In this document: positions 59,350 through 64,000 of the stretch, in pieces
Position numbering within the stretch: position 1 is the first letter of the stretch
How the letters are laid out: each line of letters starts with the position of its first letter
The notes under the pieces: generated by a model
What the model was told of the DNA's origin: nothing
The model's input: only the letters and a program-made list of their open reading frames with translations
Databases searched by the model: none
Origin: Thermoplasmata archaeon
GTDB taxonomy: Archaea > Thermoplasmatota > Thermoplasmata > GCA-020350865
Assembly: GCA_020348445.1 (NCBI GenBank)
Contig: CP070751.1
Location: 2,047,948 to 2,111,947, forward strand
Reading direction: 5' to 3'
Length of the DNA stretch: 64,000 bases
Made by a program: the position numbers and the translations under genes

Positions 59350-59369
59350 ATATGTATTTATATACATAT
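59350..59369. promoter_or_regulatory. Inverted repeat, candidate ArsR operator overlapping a TATA-like element
   Basis: ATATGTAT-TTAT-ATACATAT (perfect 8-4-8), 28 nt upstream of ATG 59398. Confidence 0.55.
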
Positions 59370-59397
59370 GTATGCAAAAACATATATAGTGGTTAAA

Positions 59398-59688
59398 ATG
59401 GATGAATCGAAATTTCTAAGATGTATAACAGAAGACAGTCGAAGAAAAATCCTGAAATTCCTGGGTAAAGAAGAAAAATGTGTCTGTGAAATCGTGGAAT
59501 TTTTAAAAAAAGAGCAATCTGTTGTTTCCCATCATCTGGCATCTTTGCGCAAATGTAATCTCGTGCAAAGCCGTCAAGATGGAAAGAAAGTGATGTATAA
59601 GGTCACAAATTTTGAAATTATAGAATTTTTAAGAAAGGGAGAGGAATTGTCAGAAACGATAGAGAATATGGAAGGGGAGTGTGAATAA
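59398..59688 (+). CDS. arsR: ArsR/SmtB family transcriptional repressor
   Basis: RRKILKFL...EKCVCEIV...QSVVSHHLASLRKCNLV..RQDGKKVMY; CVC As(III)-type motif; ORF-track start 59368 overlaps the operator, so ATG 59398 is preferred. Confidence 0.9.
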   Translation: MDESKFLRCITEDSRRKILKFLGKEEKCVCEIVEFLKKEQSVVSHHLASLRKCNLVQSRQDGKKVMYKVTNFEIIEFLRKGEELSETIENMEGECE

Positions 59689-60726
59689 CTGCCTAAGGAA
59701 AAAACCCTTGGTATTTTTGAAAAGTATCTCACCATATGGGTTGCATTGTGTATAGCAGTGGGCATAGGCCTTGGCAGGGCTTTTCCAGGTATATCAGATG
59801 TATTAAACAGCTTTCAGTTCGCAAATGTTTCCATACCAATTGCCATTTGTTTATTCTTCATGATATATCCTATTATGGTTCAGATAGATTTTAAAAGGGT
59901 AATCGAGGCTGGAAAGACGCCAAAGCCTGTGGCTGTTACTCTATTTATAAACTGGGCCATAAAACCCTTTACAATGGCTTTCTTTGCCTGGCTATTTATG
60001 AGCATCATCTGGTCGCCTTTCTTATCCCAGGAAAATGCATCGCAATATGCTGCAGGCATGATCCTTTTGGGTGTGGCACCTTGCACAGCCATGGTCCTTG
60101 TTTGGAGCTATCTCTCAAAAGGGAATATGGGACATACACTGGTCATGGTTGCCATAAATTCCATTGCCATGCTATTCTTGTATGCACCTTTGGGAGGATT
60201 TCTTTTGGGTGTTGCCAGCATACCAGTGCCCTGGGTGACCATAGCCTTCTCTGTAGGAATTTATGTTGGCCTTCCCCTTGTCTTTGGATATATCTCGAGA
60301 AAGGAGATATTGAAAAGGAAGGGCTCGAAATGGTTCGAGGAGCAGTTTGCTCCCAATCTAAAATATATATCCATTGTTGCCCTCTTAATAACATTGATCA
60401 TCCTCTTCAGCCTCCAGGGGGATGTCATTGTGGAACAACCATTGGTAATAGGAATGATAGCCCTGCCTTTGTTCATACAGACCATGTTCATATTCTGGCT
60501 TACTTATGGTATGTCGATAAAGGTAGGATTAAAATACGAGGACGCGGCCCCCACCTCCCAGATAGGTGCAAGCAACCATTTCGAGGTGGCCATTGCTGTG
60601 GCGATCGTGCTCTTTGGCCTTGATTCTGGGGCAGCTTTGGCAACGGTTGTAGGAGTATTAATAGAAGTGCCAGTCATGCTCGCTCTCGTATATATCTGCC
60701 TTGGAACAAGACACTGGTTCAAATAG
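59689..60726 (+). CDS. acr3: Acr3-family arsenite efflux permease, apparently starting at CTG 59689
   Basis: FEKYLTIWVALCI (upstream of the ORF-track start), MIYPIM, NWAIKPF, GVAPCTAMVLVW, GASNHFEVAIAVA, VVGVLIEVPVML. Confidence 0.9.
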   Translation: MPKEKTLGIFEKYLTIWVALCIAVGIGLGRAFPGISDVLNSFQFANVSIPIAICLFFMIYPIMVQIDFKRVIEAGKTPKPVAVTLFINWAIKPFTMAFFAWLFMSIIWSPFLSQENASQYAAGMILLGVAPCTAMVLVWSYLSKGNMGHTLVMVAINSIAMLFLYAPLGGFLLGVASIPVPWVTIAFSVGIYVGLPLVFGYISRKEILKRKGSKWFEEQFAPNLKYISIVALLITLIILFSLQGDVIVEQPLVIGMIALPLFIQTMFIFWLTYGMSIKVGLKYEDAAPTSQIGASNHFEVAIAVAIVLFGLDSGAALATVVGVLIEVPVMLALVYICLGTRHWFK

Positions 60727-60736
60727 TCCAAAAAAA

Positions 60737-61945
60737 TCATATGTTCTTGCAAATTCCTGGGCATGTAGCACATTTTCCGTTACACGGTTCGATATGTGTG
60801 TTCACTGTACAACCCGAAAATGCATCCTCAAGCACCGCTTTTAGGCTGTGAGTAAGATCATGGGATTTCGCAACTGACATCTCACTGTCCACTACTATAT
60901 GCATATCTATTCTGCTTTCCTCCCCGCTTGATGTGATCTTAACCTTATGATAGAAGAGCACATCCTCATTCAATTCCAGAACCTGTCTTACAGTTTTCTC
61001 GACTTCATAGGCATTTATTTTGGGTTCCTTGCTTGGGTCCACGTGAACTATGGTTGATGATCTTGTTATATCGGTGACCTTATCCTCCACCTTTTGCGCT
61101 ATCTCGTGAGCGCGCTCGGCTGTGATATCACACTCAACCTCCACATGTAGGGAAACGATTTTGACTGTCCCGTAATCATGCATTGTGATTCTGTGGGTTC
61201 CACATACCCCATCAACAGTATGGGCGGCATTGACGATTGTGGCTAAGGTTTCTTCGTCAGGGGACTTTCCCACCAATGTGTCCGATGAATATCTGAACAA
61301 TGTCACAGCAGTATAGATAATCAACAAGGCAACCACAATACCAAATACTGGATCGAGGATATGCAGGTTGTAATTCGCTCCAATGATCGCAATCCCTACC
61401 GGAATCGAGGTTAGAGCATCACTTCTGTGATGCCAAGCATCCGCAATAAGAGCAGAGCTATCTATCTTCTTTCCGAGCCGAATGGAAAATCTTGCCATTG
61501 CTTCTTTTACTAACGAGGAAAGAATCACCGCGATACCTATGATCCAAAGATATTTGCTTTCAAAAATCTCCACACCACCAATGAGCCTCTCTATTGACTG
61601 CCAAATGAACTGTGCACCTGTGACAAAGAGAAGAACCGCTATTACAAGCGTGGTTATATGTTCGAATCTTCCGTGACCAAATGGATGTTCCTTGTCAGGA
61701 TCTCTTTTTGCGGCCTTAAAGCCAAGGATAACAACACCCGAGGACGCGGTATCTGATAGCGTGTGAAAAGCATCCGTAATCAATGCAATGCTGTTGATAA
61801 AAAGACCGAGAATAAGCTTGAAAACAAACAGAAAGAAGTTACCAACTATACTTACGCATGCCTCGAGATATGCGTATTTTGCCCGCACTTTGGGATCCGA
61901 TATTTTTTCATCTTTGTTCTTGGGATTCAAGGTTATCTGCTCCAT
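60737..61945 (-). CDS. Cation diffusion facilitator with two cytoplasmic ZT-dimer domains and a Cys-rich tail
   Basis: SIALITDAFHTLSD, DKEHPFGHGRFE, DAWHHRSD; two ...HV(D/E)P-type units; ends CNGKCATCPGICK; the ORF-track extension to 62215 overlaps the opposite-strand gene. Confidence 0.88.
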   Translation of the reverse strand: MEQITLNPKNKDEKISDPKVRAKYAYLEACVSIVGNFFLFVFKLILGLFINSIALITDAFHTLSDTASSGVVILGFKAAKRDPDKEHPFGHGRFEHITTLVIAVLLFVTGAQFIWQSIERLIGGVEIFESKYLWIIGIAVILSSLVKEAMARFSIRLGKKIDSSALIADAWHHRSDALTSIPVGIAIIGANYNLHILDPVFGIVVALLIIYTAVTLFRYSSDTLVGKSPDEETLATIVNAAHTVDGVCGTHRITMHDYGTVKIVSLHVEVECDITAERAHEIAQKVEDKVTDITRSSTIVHVDPSKEPKINAYEVEKTVRQVLELNEDVLFYHKVKITSSGEESRIDMHIVVDSEMSVAKSHDLTHSLKAVLEDAFSGCTVNTHIEPCNGKCATCPGICKNI

Positions 61946-61972
61946 CGCCAACACAAATTGCCAATGGGCTAA

Positions 61973-62851
61973 ATGAAGCAAAAGATTAAAACTTTTGCAC
62001 ATTATTACCCAGTGATGCATTCCTGCTTTGATGCCGCAAAGAAAATTGTGGAAGAACAGAAAGTAACATTCTTGTTCGTGATCACGAATAATGCCAAGCT
62101 GATCGATAAAATAATGATGGGTATGCCCGATGTTCCCACCACAATAGCCACAAGCGACTTGGAACTTCAAAAGCTGCTTCGAGATAAGGAAATCAAGGTA
62201 AAGAAGCTTTCCCAACCACCATTATTGGGTATTGATATAATGAGCCAGGCAAAGGAGCTTCTTATTTCAGCCTGGGGGGAGGGAATTCTGAGCTTTGAAG
62301 ATAAGGTACTATGTCTTATAGCAACTGATGTGGAAGCCCTGGTTTTATTCAATGTCGAGGACATGGGGATAACAAGTATAAAGGACCAGGTAAAAGATAG
62401 AGTAAATTTAAAGGTCCTTGAAGCCACTTTCAGTATTGCATCCCAAATAGCAAGAGAAGGAAGGGAAGGCAAAGCCACAGGCGCCCTGATCGTCTTGGGA
62501 GACGCGGAAAATGTTATGAAACATTCCAGACCTCTTATCATAAATCCTTTTAAGGGTCATGAAAAGGACGGGCGTTGCCTGTTGGATCCGGAAAATGTTG
62601 CCACCATCAAGGAATTCGCACTATTGGACGGGGCTCTTATTGTTGATGATGAAGGATATGCGGTGGCTGCTGGGAGGTACATTGTTGGGGTGAGTTGGGA
62701 TCTTTATCTCCAGGGTGGATTGGGTGGAAGGCATCTTGCAGGTGCGTCCATTACAAAAACCACCAAGGCAATCAGTATTGTAGTTTCTTCTACTGGAACG
62801 ATACGAGCTTTCAAGGACGGGGAAGAGATATACAGGATGGGCACGAGCTAA
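61973..62851 (+). CDS. dacZ: Diadenylate cyclase (DisA_N/DAC domain) with an N-terminal pyruvate-kinase-C-like domain, DacZ type
   Basis: AREGREGKATGALIVLGD, LIINPFKGH, IKEFALLDGALIVD (DGA), LGGRHLAGASIT, IVVSSTGTIRAFKDGE. Confidence 0.85.
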   Translation: MKQKIKTFAHYYPVMHSCFDAAKKIVEEQKVTFLFVITNNAKLIDKIMMGMPDVPTTIATSDLELQKLLRDKEIKVKKLSQPPLLGIDIMSQAKELLISAWGEGILSFEDKVLCLIATDVEALVLFNVEDMGITSIKDQVKDRVNLKVLEATFSIASQIAREGREGKATGALIVLGDAENVMKHSRPLIINPFKGHEKDGRCLLDPENVATIKEFALLDGALIVDDEGYAVAAGRYIVGVSWDLYLQGGLGGRHLAGASITKTTKAISIVVSSTGTIRAFKDGEEIYRMGTS

Positions 62852-62953
62852 GGAAGTTCTGGGATTGGTATTATTATTGATTTGGGATATAGGGAGAGTT
62901 ATCAAGGTAATTGAAGGTTAGTCATTCTTTTAATCCTATCTTCTTGATTCCGC

Positions 62954-63943
62954 TTAACCAACAGTAGGTTTAAATTGATAATAATTTAAATCATCGAAAT
63001 ATGCACAGATAAAGTTATCTAGGGGGATATTTGTTCGTTTGCTCAATGCTAAAGCGTACAGAAAAACCTGTTCTGCTGCTCTTCTATCCCCCTTTTTGGC
63101 ACCAGGCTTGAAATCTAATACATGAATGTTGTTAAATCTCACTTGCAATATATCTATATGGCCAGTCAAGGTATCTGAAAGCTTTATGCCCATTACTTTT
63201 TCTTGTTTTTGTTTAATTTCATTTGGGTAAAGGAAAACAGGTATTTCGTTAGCTACAGTTGCAGAATCATTGATGAGCATGAAATCCTGGACTTTTTTGT
63301 GTCGCTCTTTATTTGTTCTCGCCAAGGTTAAGCCGAATTGTGCGAGTTTGGGGGCATTATTGTATTTTGAAACCTTCTTTGGTTTAATATCTATTTTAAG
63401 ATTGGAACATCTAGGGCCTTCTTTTTTGAACAGATTATTTGGACAGCGATGGAAAATGAATTCGATATAATCACTGAGTTTTGGAAATTTTTTTGCAGCG
63501 AAATTTAATTTAAGCTCATGATATTTAAGGTTGTATATCTGATTGTGATGGAGCTTTTTTGATTTGATTACGGTTTGTGGATCGATTTTGTAATTCTTGC
63601 GGATATTTGCGAAGGTGCATACATCCTGATAGCGCTTCAGCCAAGAATGGATGGTTGATATTGGAATTTTGACTCTGTGTGATTTTGATAGAATTTTGGA
63701 GGTCTGCTGTTTTGTGTAACCCAGGTTATATGTTGAAATCGCGGTGAATATGATTTTTGGCGGGTAAGTGACATATTGTATGTGTTGTTCGCTGAACGTT
63801 TTATTGCACCTGTTGCACTTAAAGCGCTGTATTTTTCCTTTCTTTGTCGTTCTGTACCCTATTTTTGCGATGTTAGAATTAGTGTTGCAGATCGGGCAAC
63901 TTGGTTTTTGCGGACAGTTCTTTTGATTTTTAGGCTGGGGCAT
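62954..63943 (-). CDS. IS1/InsA-like Zn ribbon, HTH and PD-(D/E)xK nuclease-domain protein
   Basis: CPICN...GYRTTKKGKIQRFKCNRCNKTF; ISTIHSWL helix; LTGHIDILQVRFNNIHVLDFKPG; AT-richer than neighbours by eye. Confidence 0.7.
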   Translation of the reverse strand: MPQPKNQKNCPQKPSCPICNTNSNIAKIGYRTTKKGKIQRFKCNRCNKTFSEQHIQYVTYPPKIIFTAISTYNLGYTKQQTSKILSKSHRVKIPISTIHSWLKRYQDVCTFANIRKNYKIDPQTVIKSKKLHHNQIYNLKYHELKLNFAAKKFPKLSDYIEFIFHRCPNNLFKKEGPRCSNLKIDIKPKKVSKYNNAPKLAQFGLTLARTNKERHKKVQDFMLINDSATVANEIPVFLYPNEIKQKQEKVMGIKLSDTLTGHIDILQVRFNNIHVLDFKPGAKKGDRRAAEQVFLYALALSKRTNIPLDNFICAYFDDLNYYQFKPTVG

Positions 63944-64000
63944 GGAGAGGTCGTATACACCTGATTTCGTATATCAATTTCGGTGGATAGAGTCGGGTAG

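Noticed and set aside
61946-62215. 90-aa N-terminal extension of the CDF in the ORF track
   Set aside because: Overlaps the diadenylate cyclase on the opposite strand and lacks CDF features
62954-64000. Complete IS element
   Set aside because: No DDE motif, terminal inverted repeats or target duplication visible within the window
1-64000. rRNA, tRNA, CRISPR arrays, Sec/Pyl read-through
   Set aside because: No such motifs seen by eye; the only in-frame adjacent gene pair is arsR-acr3, separated by TAA rather than TGA or TAG

Overview
Archaeal genomic window, most likely from an uncultured Thermoplasmata lineage. This is inferred from the archaeal-type LarE/TIGR00268, AMMECR1, DacZ-like cyclase and DUF126 genes, GGTGA/GGAGG Shine-Dalgarno motifs, TATA-like promoters and dense N-x-S/T sequons. 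About 49.5 kb of the 64 kb encodes ten large secreted or surface proteins. One of them (1-1567, minus strand) runs off the left edge and is missing from the ORF track. They are built from a shared kit: NosD/CASH beta-helices, FN3, PKD, CARDB, lamin-tail pairs, a ~100-aa Ig-like repeat, PQQ-like propellers, vWA and a NIDO-like domain. They fall into three anchoring classes: five with a C-terminal TM helix and cytoplasmic tail (one ending in twin winged-HTH domains, one in a Zn ribbon), three with no TM but a duplicated C-terminal GWNLISIP-type module, and one outlier (26096-29677). The outlier has no anchor, no canonical N-glycosylation sequon and a highly structured 5' leader. Interspersed are larE, AMMECR1, pyrC, a three-gene SPFH/zinc-ribbon operon, an EF-hand-bearing HtpX, a DUF126-NUDIX fusion, arsR-acr3 (acr3 apparently starting at CTG), a CDF transporter, a diadenylate cyclase and a Zn-ribbon/HTH/PD-(D/E)xK protein. 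No rRNA, tRNA, CRISPR array, reverse transcriptase or complete IS element was seen. All domain calls come from reading motifs by eye, not from database searches.
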